Translations under genes and position numbers: made by a program
Notes under the pieces: generated by a model
The model's database searches: none
Told to the model about the DNA's origin: nothing
The model's input: the letters and a program-made list of their open reading frames with translations, nothing else
In this document: positions 1-17,236 of the stretch, piece by piece
Layout of the letters: each line of letters starts with the position of its first letter
How positions within the stretch are numbered: the stretch's first letter is position 1
Assembly (NCBI RefSeq): GCF_009914755.1
Contig: NC_060931.1
Strand: one strand, 5' to 3'
DNA length: 64,000 nt
Source: the human T2T-CHM13v2.0 reference genome, Homo sapiens

Positions 1-336
1 GTACAGGAAGAATGATGCTGGCCATCTGCTCAGCTTCTGGGGAGGCCTCAGGAAACTTGCAATCATGGCGGGAGGTGAAGGAGAAGCAGGCTCATCTCAC
101 ATGGCCCAGGCAGGAGCAAGGGAGTGCAGTGGGGGTTGGGGAGGTGCCACACACTTCTCAACAACCAGATTTCATTAGAACTCTTATCAAGAGAATAGCA
201 CCAAGGGAATGATGTTAAACCATTCATGAAGGATCCACCCCCATGCCCCAATCACCTCCCACCACGCCCCACCTCCAACACTGGGGATTACAATTTGACA
301 TGAGATTTGGGTGGAACACAGATCCAAACCGTATCA
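1..336 (-). mobile_element. MST (MSTA/MSTB-like) MaLR LTR, 3' LTR, truncated by the window edge
   Basis: Closely matches 2035-2364; ends ccaaaccgtatca, the reverse complement of the TGATATGGTTTGG LTR start. Confidence 0.9.
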
Positions 337-1939
337 TTCTGCCCCTGGCCCCTCCCAAATCTCATGTCCTTCTCACATTTCAAAATACAATCATGCCCTC
401 CCAACAGTCCTTCAAAGTCTTAACTCATTCCAGCATTAACTCAAAAGTCCACAGTCTCATCCGAGACAAAGCAAGTCCCTTCCACCTACGAGCCTGTAAA
501 ATAAAAAACAAGTTAGTCACTCCTAATATAGGCATTGGGTAAATACTCCTGTTCCATAAGGGAGAAATTGGCCAAAATAAAGGGACCACAGGCCCCATGT
601 AAGTCCAAAACCCAGCAGGGCAGTCATTAAATCTTAAAGCCCCAAAATAATCTCCTTTGACTCCATGTGTCACATCCAAGACACACTGGTGGAAGGGTTC
701 CCCCAAAGCCTTGTGCAGCTCCACCCCTGTGGCTTTGCAGAGTTCATCCCTTTCAGCTGCTCTCAAGGGCTGGCATTGAGTGCCTGAAGCTTTTCCAGGC
801 TCAGGGTGTGAGCTGTCAGTAGCTCTACTATTCAGAGGTCTGGAGAATGGTGGCCTTCTTCTCACAGCTCCACTAGGCAATGCCCCAGTGGGGACTCTGT
901 GGGGGCTCCAACCCCACATTTCTCCTCTGCACTGCCCTAGTAGACGTTCTCCATGAGGGCTATGCCTCTGCAATGGGCTTCTGTCTGGACATCAAGGCTT
1001 TTCTATACATCTTCTGAAGTCTAGGCAAAAGCTCCCAAGACTCAACTCTTATATTCTGTGCACCTGAAGGCTTAACACCACATGGAAGTCACCAAGGCTT
1101 ACAGATTGCACCCTCTGAAGCAGAGGCCCAAGCTGTTCCTGGTCCCCTTTGATCCACGGCTGGAGCTGGAGTGACTGGGATGGAGGGAGCAGGGTCCCAA
1201 GGTTGTACAGGGTAGTGGGGCCCAGGGCCTGGCCCACAAAACCATTCAGTCCTGCTATGCCTCTGGGCCTGTGATGGAAGCGGCTGCGAAAGTCTCTGAA
1301 ATGCCTTCAAGACCTCTTGCCCATTGTCTTGGCTGTTAGTACTTGGCTCCTCTTTACTTATGCAAACTTCTGCAGCCTGCTTGAATTCTTCCCCTGAAAA
1401 ATGGGTTTTTCTTTTCTGCCACATGGCCAGTCTGCAGGTTTTCCAAACTTTTATGCTGTGCTTGCGTTTTAAATATAAGTTCCAGTTTCAGATCATTTCT
1501 TTGCTCATGCATATAAGCATAAGTGGTGAGAAGCAGCCAAACCACATCTTGAATACTTTGCTGCTTAGAAATTTCTTCCACCAGATACCCTAAATCATCA
1601 CTCTCAAGTTCAAAGTTCCACAGATCCCTAGAGCAGGGGCACAATGCAGCCAGATTTTTTGCTAAAGCATAGCAAAAGTGACCATTACCCCAGTTCCCAA
1701 TACATTCTTCAGTTCCATATGAGACCTCCTCAGCCTGGACTTCATTGTTCATATCACTGTCAGCCTTTTGGTCACAAGAATTTAACAAGTCTCTAGGAAG
1801 TGCCAAATTTTTCCTCATCTTCCTGTCTTCTTCTGAGCCCTCCACACTCTTCCAACCTCTGCCCATTACCCAGTTCCAAAGTCACTTCCACATTTTCAGG
1901 TATCTTTATAGCAATGCTCCACTCTTCAGTACCAATTTT
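337..1939 (-). mobile_element. MST-int MaLR internal region (~1.6 kb) with broken internal ORF
   Basis: Lies between two matching LTRs; minus-strand ORFs 1354-1866 (GSEEDRKM...LPRDLLN...EEISKQQSIQ), 1089-1424 and 425-973 are frameshifted pieces of the MaLR internal ORF. Confidence 0.88.
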
Positions 1940-2364
1940 TGTATTAGTTCATTCCTGCACTGTTATAAAGAAATACCTGAGACTGGTAATTTATAAAGAA
2001 AAGAGGTTTAATTGGCTCATGGTTCCAGAGGCTGTACAGGAAACATGATGCAGGCTATCTGCTCAGCTTCTAGGGAGGCTTCAGGAGACTTACAATCACG
2101 GCAAAACACAAAGGAGAAACAGGCTCATCTTATACAGCCAGAGCAGGAACAAGAGAGGGCAGGAGAGAAGTGCTACATACTTTTAAACAGCAAGATTTCA
2201 TGAGAACTCTATCACTAGAACAGCACCACGGGGGTGGTACCAAGCCATTCATGAAGGATCCACCCCTTCATGATCCAATTACCTCCTACCAGGTCTCCCT
2301 TTTAACATTGGGGATTACAATTAGACATGAGATTTGCGGGGGGACACAGATCCAAACCATACCA
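1940..2364 (-). mobile_element. MST MaLR LTR, 5' LTR
   Basis: Starts tgtattagttcattc...ataaagaaatacctgagactgg and ends ccaaaccatacca. Confidence 0.9.
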
Positions 2365-2705
2365 ACACCCATGTCACTGACACCCAGATCAAGAGATAAA
2401 ATATTTCCAGCACTCCAGGAGGTTCTCACCTGCTTCTCAATTCATGTCCTCCTTCCAGAGAAACCAGGATATTATGACTTCTCTTATTTGTGGCATTTAC
2501 TAACTTTCTTAGCAAAGAAACTTCAGCTTTGTTTAGTTCCCAGTGATTGCAAAGTGGTATATCCTGAAGATTATTGGAAAACGACATGAGGGCTAGATTC
2601 TGTTATTTGTAGACTTTTTTATGCAAAAATAATTTGAGCTTAGTCATGCTTTTATACAAGTAATGTATTTTTGTTTTATTTTTATAATATATATCAGAAG
2701 AAAAG

Positions 2706-2832
2706 GGACAGACATGATGTTCATGCCTGTAATCCCAACACTTTGGGAGGCCGAGGCAGGAGAACCACTTAAGGCCAGGAGTTCAAGACCAGCACAACAT
2801 TGTGAGATCTCACCTACACAAAAGAAGAAGAA
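2706..2832 (+). mobile_element. Alu left monomer / FLAM
   Basis: cctgtaatcccaacactttgggaggccgagg...gagttcaagaccagc followed by an A-rich tail. Confidence 0.8.
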
Positions 2833-3329
2833 GAATCTGAGACTTTGTTGGGATGTTTTGTTTCTTTGTTGCCTTTTGTCTAAAAACTTATTTACTAAAG
2901 ATTTAGACCAAAATTCATAATTACTATGTTTATAAATAATAATCTAAGACTAGAAACTATGGACATACAATCCCCTAGGTATAGTTATGTAATCTTTTGG
3001 TTAATCTAACCTTGATTTCATCACTAAACTTGGCTATATCTCAAATAATTTTTTAAATATTTTCTTTTTTTTTCTTCAGTTGTTCTTACTGGAGATTTTC
3101 TGTTTCAGAAATCTCTGCCTAACATTATTCATGTGTGGCTAAGAATCCATAGGTGGCTTTTTCCCCTATATTTTTAGCTTTCTTCAGGTATAACTGACAT
3201 ATAAAAATTGTATATGTTCAAGGTATATAATGTGATATTTTGATATACCTATACATTGTGAAATGATTTGCACAATTAAGCTAATTAACGTATCCATTAT
3301 CTCACAGTTACCTTTTCCTTTGATTTTTC

Positions 3330-3331
<2 letters not shown>

Positions 3332-3373
<42 letters not shown>
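3332..3373. repeat. (TG)n microsatellite
   Basis: Direct reading. Confidence 0.95.
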
Positions 3374-3374
<1 letters not shown>

Positions 3375-3751
3375 GAGAATACTCAAGCTCTATCTTAGCA
3401 AATTTCAAGTATACAATATAGTATTATTGACCATAGTCACCATGCCATACCTTAGGTCTCCAGAACTTATTCATCTTCTAACTGCAAGGTTGTATCCTTT
3501 GACCAACATCTCCTCATTTCTCCCCTACCTCAACCCTGTTACTACCCTTCTATTCTTTGTTTCTATGGGTTCAGCTATTTTAGATTCCACATGTAAGTAT
3601 TCATCTTCTTATATCTGACATTTAATTAGCAAAATCTCCTCCAGATTCATCCATGTTGTTGCAAAAGGTAGGATTTCTTTCTTTGTTCAGGCTGAATAAT
3701 AGTTTGTTATAATAAGTGTGTGTATGTATACTTGATATATATATCAAGTAT

Positions 3752-4012
3752 AAATATATATTTGGTCTCTGTCCCTGGTTCCTGGCACACAGCTGCTAAA
3801 ATCCTTGGAATCTACAAAGTGATATGTCTTTTTGTATGCTAATGAGATGGCTGATCACTGAGTACTCCAAATAACCACAGGATAGTTGCCAGGGCTGCCA
3901 ACTATGTGATTGGAGGGTTAAAACTTTCAGCCCCACCCCCACCTCTAGGAAGCAGAGAGGGGTTAAAGGTTGATTTGGTCATCAAAGACCAATCATACCT
4001 ACCTAATGAAGT
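3752..4012 (+). mobile_element. Partial MER21-type LTR, a local copy of 5671-5937
   Basis: About 20 differences over ~250 bp versus the 5' part of the LTR at 5651 (manual alignment). Confidence 0.85.
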
Positions 4013-5650
4013 ATGTGTGTATTACACATATATATGTATAATTTCCTTGTCCATTCACCCACTGACAGACATTTAGATTGTTTCTGTATCTTCGCTATCA
4101 TGAAAAATGCTGCTGCAATGAACATGGGAGTCCAGATATCCACCTTTTTCAAGATCCTGATTTTGGTTCTTTTGGATATACCCAAAAGTGGGATTGCTGC
4201 GTCATGTGGTAGTTTTATTTTTAATTTTTTGAGCACCCTTTATACTGTTTCCCACAGTGGCTGCACCATTTCACATTCCCACCAATAGCGTACAAGAGTT
4301 CCAGTTTCTCCACATTCTTGCCAATACTTGATATCTTTCATGGTTTTGATAATTGCCATTTATTGCCTTTTTCTGTTGAGTATTTGTATGTCTTCCTTGG
4401 AAAAATATCTGTTCAGGTTCTTTGCTCATTTTAAAATCAGGTTGTTTTTCTACTACTGAGTTGTAAGAGTTCCTTATATATTTTGGATATAAACTCCTTA
4501 TAGGATCTATGGTTTGTGCATATTCTCTCTCATTCTGTGGGCTGACTTTTCGTTTTGCTGATTGTTTCCTTTGCTTTGCAGAAACTTTTTACTTTGATAT
4601 AATCCTGCCTGCTTATTTTTGCTTTTGTTGCTTGTGCTTTTGGTGTCATTGACAAGACCTCTGTCATAGAGCTTTTCCCCTATATTTTCTTTTAGGAATT
4701 TTATGGTTTCAGATCTTGCATTTAAATCTTTAATCAAGTTTGAGTTGATTTTTGTGCATGGTGTAAGATAAGAATCCAATTTCATTTTTTTGTTTCTTTT
4801 TGAATGTGGATATCCAATTTTCCCAACATCATTCACTGAAGAGACTATTCTCTCTGCATTGTATATTCTTGGCATCTTTATTGAAGATTACTTGATCATA
4901 TATGTATTGGTTTATTTATTGGTTTCCTGTTACATCCCATTGGTTTATGTGTGTTTGTTTTTATGCTTGTATCATATTGCTTTAGTTACTATCACTTTGT
5001 AATGAAATTTGAAATCAGAACACAAAGCCTCCAGCTTTGTTCTTCTTGATCAAGATTGCTTTAACTATTCAGGGTCTCTTGAGGTGCCATATAAATGTTA
5101 TGATTTTTTTTCTATTTCCATGAAAAATGACATTGGCATTTTCATAGGAATTGCATTAAATCTATAGATCACTTTCAGTAATATAGACAAGTTTCCAATA
5201 TTGATTCTTCTGATCCATAAACATGAAATATCTATTTATTTGTGTCTTCTTCAATTTTATTCATTAATTCATTATGTTTCATAGTTTTCAGTATACAGAT
5301 ATTTCACCTTTTTGGTTAAATTTATTTCTAATTATTTTATTCCTGTTGATGCTATTATAAATGTGACTTTTTAAAAAATTTCTTGTTCAGATAGTTTATT
5401 GCCAAAGTATAGAAACACAAGTGATTTTTATATGTAGATGCTGTATCCTAAAACTTAACTGAATTCATTTATTAATTCTAACACTTTTGGGTAGAATCTT
5501 TAGGTTGTTCTATATATAAAATCTTGTAATCAGCAAACAGAGACATTTTGACTTCTTTTCTGATTTGGATGACTTTTATTTCTTTATGTTGCCCAATTCC
5601 TTTGGCTAGGACTTCAGTACTACGTTGAAAAAAAAAGTGGTGAGAGTGAG

Positions 5651-6825
<1,175 letters not shown>

Positions 6826-7410
6826 TTAATAGTGGACATCCTTGTCTTGTTCCCAATCTTAGATAAAAGATATTCATCTTTTCACCATTGCGTATGATGT
6901 TAGCTGTGGGCTGGTAATATATGGACTTTATTGTGCTAAGGAACATTCCTTTTATAACTAATTTGTTCAGAGTTTTAATCATTAAAGGATGCTGAATTTT
7001 GTCAAATGCTTTTTATGCATCTATTGACATGATTTTTGTCCTTCACTTTGTTAATACAATGTATAACATTTACTGATTTGCATATGTTGAGCCATCTTTG
7101 CATCCCAGGCATAAATCCAAGTTGATCATGGTGAGTGATCCTTTTAATATGCAATTGAATTTGGTTTGCAAGTCTATTGTTGAAGATTTTTGCGTCTACG
7201 TTCCTCAGGAATATTGGGCTGTAATTTTTTTTTTTTTTTTTTTTTTGGAGTGTTCTTGTCTGGCTTTCATGTCAGGATAATATTGGCCTCACAAATCCAG
7301 TTGGAAAGTGTTTCTTCCTCTTTAATTTTTTGAGGAGTTTGAGAAGTACTAGTACTCATGCTTCCTTAAATGTTGGTAGAATTCAGCAGTGAAGCCATCA
7401 GGTCTAAGGC

Positions 7411-7730
7411 TTTTTTTTCTTTTTTCTTTTTCTTTTTTTTTTTTTTTTTTTTTGAGATGGAGTTTCGCTCTTTCGCCCAGGCTGGAGTGCAGTGGTGCAA
7501 GCTCTGCTCACTCCAACCTCCGCCTTCCAGTTTCAAGCAATTCTCCTGCCTCAGCATCCCAAGTAGCTAGGATTACAGGTGCCCACCACCACACCCAGCT
7601 AATTTTCATGTTTTTAGTGGAGACAGGGTTTCACCATGTTGGTCCGGCTGGTCTCAAACTCCTGACCTCGTAATCGGCCCACCTCAGCCTCCCAAGTGCT
7701 GGGATTACAGGCATAAGCCACCACATTGGC
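7411..7730 (-). mobile_element. AluS
   Basis: Dimeric Alu with poly(T). Confidence 0.93.
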
Positions 7731-7905
7731 TTATTAGTGATTTAATATTTAATCTCCTTACTGATCTGTCCGAATTTTCTATTTCTTCATGATTCAGTCT
7801 TGTCAGGTTGTATATTTCTAGGAATTTATCTGTTTATTCTAGGTTATCCAATTTGTTGTTATATAATTATTCATAGTAGTCTCCTATGATCCTTGTATTT
7901 CCTTC

Positions 7906-8188
7906 TTTTTTTTTTTTTTTTTTTTTTTTTTTTGACAGAGTCTCACCCTATTGCCCAGGCTGGAATGCAGTGGCGCGATCTCAGCTCACTGCACCCTCTG
8001 CCTCTTAGGTTCAGATTATTCTTGTGCCTTAGCCTCCTGAGTAGCTGGGACAACAGGCGCACACGACTATGCCCAGATAATTTTTGTATTTTTAGCAGAG
8101 ACGGGGTTTTGCCATGTTGGCCAGGCTGATCTCGAACTCCTGACCTTAAGTGATCCACCCACCTTGGCCTGGGCCACTGTGCCCAGCC
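7906..8188 (-). mobile_element. AluS
   Basis: Dimeric Alu; near-identical flanks atcc(t)ttgtatttc. Confidence 0.93.
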
Positions 8189-8825
8189 AATCCTTTGTAT
8201 TTCTGTGTTATCTGCTGTAATGGCTCCTCTTTGGTTTCTAATTTTATTTGAGTCATCTCTCTTTTGTTCTTAGGCTAGCTAAAGGTTTGTCAATTTTGTT
8301 TATGTCTTCAAAAAAGTTTTGTTGATCTTTTCTATTCTTTTCCTAGTCTCTTTTTTTTTTTCCTGCTCTGATCTGTATTATTTCGTTTCTTCTACTAACA
8401 TTGGGCTTAGTTTGTTCTTCTTTTTTGAGTTCCTTAAGGAATAATGTTAGATTACTTATTTGAGATCCTTCTTCTTTTTTAATGTAGGTATTTATTGCTA
8501 TAAACTTCCTTGTTGGAACTGTTTTTACTGCATTCCATACATTTTGTTATGTAGGGTTTCCATTTTTGTTTGTCTCAATATATTTTTTTTAATTTCTCCT
8601 TCAATTTCTTCTTTGACCCATTGGTTGTTCAGGAGTATGATGTTTAATTTCCATATATTTCTGAGTTTCCAGTTTTCCTTCTGTTATTTATTTCTAATTT
8701 CATACCACTGTTGTTGGAAAAGATAGTTGACATAGTTTCATTTTTTTTAATTTTTATAAAATATACAAAAATATACATAGATACATATAATAGATTTTTA
8801 TAATAAATACATTAAAATATACATA

Positions 8826-8939
8826 AATAGAGTCTTGATACGTTGACCAGGCTGGTCTCAAATTCCTGGCTTCATGCGATCCTCCCATCTCAGCCTCCCA
8901 AAGTGCTAGAATTACAGACAGGAGCCACCACTCCTGACC
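8826..8939 (-). mobile_element. FLAM / Alu monomer
   Basis: ccaggctggtctcaaattcctggc...cccaaagtgctagaattacag. Confidence 0.85.
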
Positions 8940-9737
8940 ACATTGTTTCAATTTTTGAAATTTGTTAAGACTTGTTTTGTGGCCTAATATATGATCTTAG
9001 AGAATGTTTTATGTGTGCTTCAGAAGAATGTGTATCCTGCTGCTGTTGGATGGAATATTCTGTATGTGTCTGTTAGGTCCATTTAGTCTAAAGTATAGTT
9101 CAAGTCCAATGTTTTCTTATTGATTTTCTGTCTGAAAAATCTATCCATTGTTGAAAGTGCAATGTTGAAGTCTCCTACTATTATTGTCTTGCTGTCTACT
9201 TCTCCCTTCAGACCTATTAATATTTTCTTTATGTATTTATGTTCTCCAGTGTTGGGTACATAATAGTGTGTGTGTGTGCGTGTGTGTGTGTGTATTATAT
9301 ATTGTTCCATATTACCTATTGTTCTATCATCTTGATGAATTGATCTCTTTATCACGATATAATGGCACTGTATGTCTCTTTTCACAGTTTTTGACTTAAA
9401 ATGTATTTGTCTGACATAAGTGTGGCTACTCCTCCTCTCTTCTGGTTTCCTTTTGTATGGGATGTCTTTTTATATCTCTTTACTTTCAGTTCACGTTTAT
9501 TCTTGAAGCTGAAGTGAGTGTTTTGTAAGCAGCATAGAGTTGAGTCTTTTTTCTATCCTTTCAGCCATTCCATGTCTTTTGATCAGTGAGTTTAATTTAT
9601 TTAATGTAAAATAATTACTGAAAGTAAGGACTATTTCCATTTTGTTCATTGTTGTCTGGCTGTTTGGCAGATCCTTTGTTTCTTTCTTCCTCTCTTGCTG
9701 TCTTTCTTTGTGATATGATGATTTTCTGTAATGGTAT

Positions 9738-10417
9738 TGTCTTATTCTGTTTTGTATTGCTATGAAGGGATATCCGAGGCTGAGTAATTTTTAAAGAAAA
9801 AAGGTTTCTTTGGCTACAATTCTGATGTTTGGAAAAGTTCAAGATTGGGCATCTGGTGAGGGCTTCCATTTATGGTAGGAGGTGAAGGGGAGCTGGAATA
9901 TGCAGAGATCTCATGGCAAGAGAGGAAGCCAGAGGCGGAGGTGCAAGGCTCTGTTTAACAATTACCTCTCATGGGAACTAACAGAGTGAGAACACAGTCA
10001 CCCCCAATGGAGGGCATTAACTTACATGAGAGATCTGCCCCCACAATCCAAACATCTCACATTACGCCCCACCTCCAACATAGAAAATCAAATTTCAACA
10101 TGAGTCCAAAATACCACATGTTCTCATTTATAAGTGGGAGCTAAGCTATGGGCACACAAAGGCATACAGAATGGTATAATGGGCATTAGAGACTCAGAAG
10201 GGAAGAGGGTGAGAGGGGGCTGAGGGATGAAAAACTACCTATTGGGTACAATGTACACTACTCAGGTGACAGATGCACTAAAATCCTAGACTTCACCACT
10301 ATCCAATTCATCCATGTAACCAAAAAACACTAGTGCCTCTGAAGCTACTGAAATTTAAAAGTTTTTTAAAAATTCAACATGAGGTTTAAAGTAGACAAAC
10401 CATATTTAAACTATAAC
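9738..10417 (-). mobile_element. MST-type (MSTB/C-like) solo LTR inserted in L1 and split by an L1PB 3' end
   Basis: tgtcttattctgttttgtattgctat...aaagttcaagattgggcatctggtgaggg; resumes after 10383. Confidence 0.78.
10105..10372 (+). mobile_element. L1PB-like 3' end, 5'-truncated
   Basis: catgttctcatttataagtgggagctaagctatg...; TSD ttcaacatgag at 10094-10104 and 10373-10383. Confidence 0.88.
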
Positions 10418-10593
10418 TAGATACGCTTTCATTCATTTCTCTTTATCTTTTACGTATCTTTGATAGGTCTTTTCTTTGTGATTACCATGAGGCTTACATA
10501 TAACACCTTATAGTTATAACATGCTATTTTAAGCTTATAGTAATTTAAATTTGATCCCCTCCCCAACATTCTCTATATATATTTTAATTATGA

Positions 10594-10956
<363 letters not shown>

Positions 10957-11499
10957 ACATTCTGTATTTTTGATGTCACAATTTGCATATTCATCTATGC
11001 TAAGAACTGACTCAGATAAGTGATGGTTTGAGATAAGCCTAGATAGGTAAATAGGACATGACAGAACTTTAGTCTTGTTTTTCCTAGAAGGATATAGAAA
11101 ATCACTGAAGCAATTTAGACGAGGAAGTAATACTAGAACAGGCAATACAACATCTCAAATTCATTTTGAGTTCTAACTCTAAGGAACACATTTTGCACAG
11201 GTTTATATATATGTTAAATGCATTTTTCTTGGTGCAAAGTCATCAAAAGTACATACTAACAGAGCTTTCTTCTATTACATAAACATCTGCCATTTACAAT
11301 AAACAAGGGAAGTATTAAAATAAGAGACAGAAGATGGTTTTCTTCAATTTATGTAATCTGTGTCTAGATATCAAGACACTAATAATCAACCTTAATCATT
11401 CTAATAAATTCAAGATATGGAACACAGAGGTGCAGATACACAACACAATTTGCAACACTTTTCATCTTCTCAACTAAAATAATCCATATAAAATTATGG

Positions 11500-12187
<688 letters not shown>

Positions 12188-12412
12188 TAGGAAGGGCAAG
12201 TAATATACCAATTTTTCACTTGTAAAAATGGAGACTCTGTGTTTTTTTTCAGCAACACTTACATAAACACAGTAGAAATGTAATACTTGGTTGTGGAATG
12301 CCTGAACAAATGAAAAATAAATACGTATGTCTGTAATTTTTTAAATTTATTTTTAATTGACAAATAAAAATTATACATATTTATAGTGTATGACATGATG
12401 TTTTGATACATC

Positions 12413-12722
12413 TTTTTTTTTTTTTTTTTTTTTTTTTTTGAGACAGGATCTGGCTCTGTCACCCAGTCTGGAGTGCAGTGGTGCAACCTCGGCTCACTAC
12501 AACCTTTGCCTACTGAGCTTAAGCCATCCTCCTACCTCAGTCTCCTGAGTAGCTGGGACTACTGGCACCCACCACCACGCCCAGCTAATTTTTGTTATTT
12601 TTTGTAGAGACGGGGTTTCGCCATGTTTCCCAGGCTGGTCTCAAACTCCTGAGCTCAAGCAATCTGCCCACCTTGGCCTCCCAAAGTGCTGAGATTACTG
12701 GCGTGAGCCCCTGCACCCAGCC
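12413..12722 (-). mobile_element. AluJ/S
   Basis: Dimeric; TSD ttgatacatcttttt. Confidence 0.93.
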
Positions 12723-12788
12723 TTGATACATCTTTTTATATTGTGAATCCATTAACAAATTATTGTAGTTACAGTTTTTTTGTTTTGT

Positions 12789-12789
<1 letters not shown>

Positions 12790-12822
<33 letters not shown>

Positions 12823-12964
12823 GACAGGGTCTTGCTGTCATTCAGGCTGGACTGCAGTGGCTCAATCATAGCTCACTATAACCTTGAACTCCTGGCCTCA
12901 AGAGATCCTCCTGCCTCAGCCTCCCAAAGCTCTGGGATCACAGGTGTGAGCCACCATGCTCAGC
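12790..12964 (-). mobile_element. FRAM/FAM-type Alu monomer
   Basis: Single monomer with poly(T). Confidence 0.85.
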
Positions 12965-13662
12965 ATTATAGTTATTTTTAATGTTCATTTCTTTTAACCT
13001 TTGTGTTGAAGATATAAGTGACAGATGAGTGATATACGTATTTATGGTTTTATTCCTTTTTCTACTAATCAATTAGTGGTGTATCGAGTTATTTTTGCTT
13101 CTTTTCTGGATTTTACTTAGAGCAAATTTCCCAAAGGAAAAGAAAATGTATTGATTTGTTCTACTGTTTTTTGTTTGTTTGTTTTCTGTCTTCTTTTACT
13201 GATATCTTTTGTTGGTTTTTCTTAGCTTGTCGATAAATTTCTAACTTCTTAGGTTGAATACCTATTTCATTCTTTTTTTGGTTTTTCTTCTCATTTAGTA
13301 ATATAAACATTGAATACAATAAATGTTTCTCTACGTACTGTTTTGGTTAAGATCTTATAAATGTAATGTTTTCAATTTTGTTATTTTCTAGACATTCTGA
13401 AATTTGATTTTGGTTTCTTCTTTGATTAACAGTTGTTCATGAGAGTTCTTATTTATTTTAATTTCTGATGTAGAGCTTTATCTTCTATCTTGGATATTTT
13501 ATTTTTAATCATGCTGAGCTCAGATAATATCATCAATCAATGTTTTTAATATTTCATGAGATTGTGACAAGATTATTCTAAAGTACTGGGTTAGATGTAA
13601 TGGACATACAGTCATGTGTTATAGATTTTTATCATCTAATATTGGAAAAGTTGTTTTGAGTG

Positions 13663-14241
<579 letters not shown>

Positions 14242-15153
14242 TTAACACAAGACTCTTTCTTGATAGATGCTAAAGGGTACTGGTTCCTAATGCCATGCTT
14301 TCAGCTCATTGCATACAACTGAAAACTAATCCTTTTAGGTTTATTTCTATAGCACTTAAAGTAAACAGCCCATCCATTATAATTCACCTATTTTTATGTA
14401 TTTTATCTGTTCTCAGATTATTAAACTGATAATGGATTTCATGCTTTCAATGTTTGCATTTGAAGCACATGGACAAATGAGTCCCAGTGAAAATGAGTTC
14501 ATGCAGGAAACAGAAATTACAAATTATAAATTATGTCTTCAGTATAAGCCAAGAGAAAATTGCTCTGATAAATAACAGACTGCTATTAAGATGGAAGCAA
14601 TAAGACATCAGATTAAGCTGGTTATCTACTTTCCTTCCTGTTCCCAATTTTTAAAAATAACTATGCAGAAAGTCAATTTAAAGACCAAATTCATATCACC
14701 TTTAGAATAAAGAAAGCATACTATCGGTGAACTTAAAACTCTCAAAAACAGAAAGCACAAGAGATTGGATTGACAACAAAATAAGAGTAAACTGCAATCC
14801 AAAGCACTTGCAGTGAACAGCTTCTGCAAAGACAAGAGCAATTTTAGACATGTTCCAACCTTGGAGTCAATTAAAAATTTAAAAAGCAGAAGCTTTTAGG
14901 GAATCAGCAGATAATTCATTAAAGACCTGCACTTCAAAAAGTTACACCAATGACCTCGCACTCCACCAGCGCTATTCCTTGCTATACACACAGAGTTCCA
15001 AGGATCTACTAATAGCCACATTTGTTCTTCTGGTTGGAATCCACTTCTTTCTAATCAAAGTGAATACTGTACCTGAAAAGGGCAGGTAACACAAGTATTG
15101 AGACTAGAGAGAGAAGCAAAACACTGCCTGGGGTGACTTCAAAGAACCACACA

Positions 15154-15348
15154 AGCCAGGCTCAATGGCGCACACCTATAATCCCAGCGCTTTGGAAGGC
15201 CGAGGCAGGAGGATCTCTTGAGCAGAGGAGTTTGAGGCTTCAGGGAGCTACGATCATTGCTGCACTTCCAGCCTGGGTGACAGAGTCAGACTCTGTCTCC
15301 AGTAAATAAAAAAACAAACAAACAAACAAACAAACAAATAAATAAATA
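15154..15348 (+). mobile_element. FRAM/FAM Alu monomer
   Basis: Monomer followed by an (AAAC)n tail. Confidence 0.82.
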
Positions 15349-15848
15349 AGAATCACACAAAAGGCAGGAGATAAAAAGGAAAGAGTGAAGCTGATTCTGG
15401 CATTTACTTCCAGGATGAAGCTGGGGATGGGGGAGAGATGAGACAATGGAAGGAGGAAACAGGAAGGCATATCAGTATTAAAAGGATCTCTTGGGTTATG
15501 TAAGGTCAGATACACTATGATTGTGTTATGTATAAATATTACCTCCTAACATCTCCCTGAGGAAGGCAAAGAAGCCAATGACATGAACAGCCCAACAATT
15601 GTCCTGGAAACCCTAAAACTAGTTATCTCCTCTTGCTAAGTCCACCTGCCTTCTGGGAAAGGAGACTCTGAAAGGAAATGTTAAACACCAGAGTCAACTG
15701 TGGAAAGCTGAGAAACAATTGCAGCACATAGATTACACCAGCCAACTGCAAAGAAGATCACAACAGAGTTTTGTCCAAAATGGCCTTGGGCAACTAAGAG
15801 TTCAAAAGGCAGAACAGAAAATAACAAGGCTCCAAATACACTGATCAT

Positions 15849-16164
<316 letters not shown>

Positions 16165-16866
16165 CTAGGATCATTCTTCACAGATGTGTGGCATGAACGG
16201 ATGACCCTTATGCACAGGTGTCATCAGTCAAAGCTGTACCTGATAATTAGCACCATCAATTTCCACCTCTATTTCTATGCTCTTTGAACTGGAGACTGGT
16301 GTTAGACACCTTTGGAATGCCTCACACATACATCCTTTGGAGTAAGCTCCTGAAGACAGATTTTACGTAATGTAAAATAATGGCCCCTTGTTGGCTCATG
16401 GTGACCTTGCATATATCCATAGACCACATGAGCCAAGTTTGAACTGCAGCTAATCTGAGCCTCGGCCAAACATCCTGCATCCTTCTGAACCTTGAGCACA
16501 TGGGAGGCTTTTGAGGAGATGCTTGGGGCCATTCTCACTCACTTTTCTATCTGTCAAGGAGGCTGTAATGAGGCAATTCCTCATCTCCTTCCAGTGTCTC
16601 ATGAGGTTTGAGTCTTTCTGTTACCTAATGGGGTAACAGCTGCGGAGCTGTAACATAGCTAAGCAGTAGCATAGCAGTAGCTACCCCAGCAACAGAGCAT
16701 ACCATTATTCACATTGCAATCATCTGGGCCGTTTTCTTTTAGTGTTGCCCTACCCAAGGGAGTAAACACAGGAGACTGTCTTATTATAAGAGACATGGAA
16801 ATTGAAAAACAGAGAGAAACAGAGATTATGCTGCTATATTTGGAAGGAAATAATAAAATTACTTAG

Positions 16867-17218
<352 letters not shown>

Positions 17219-17236
17219 ATCTTTGTTTCTTTAATT

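Noticed and set aside
425-1866. Minus-strand 111-182 aa ORFs as host genes
   Set aside because: They are frameshifted pieces of the MaLR internal ORF between two MST LTRs.
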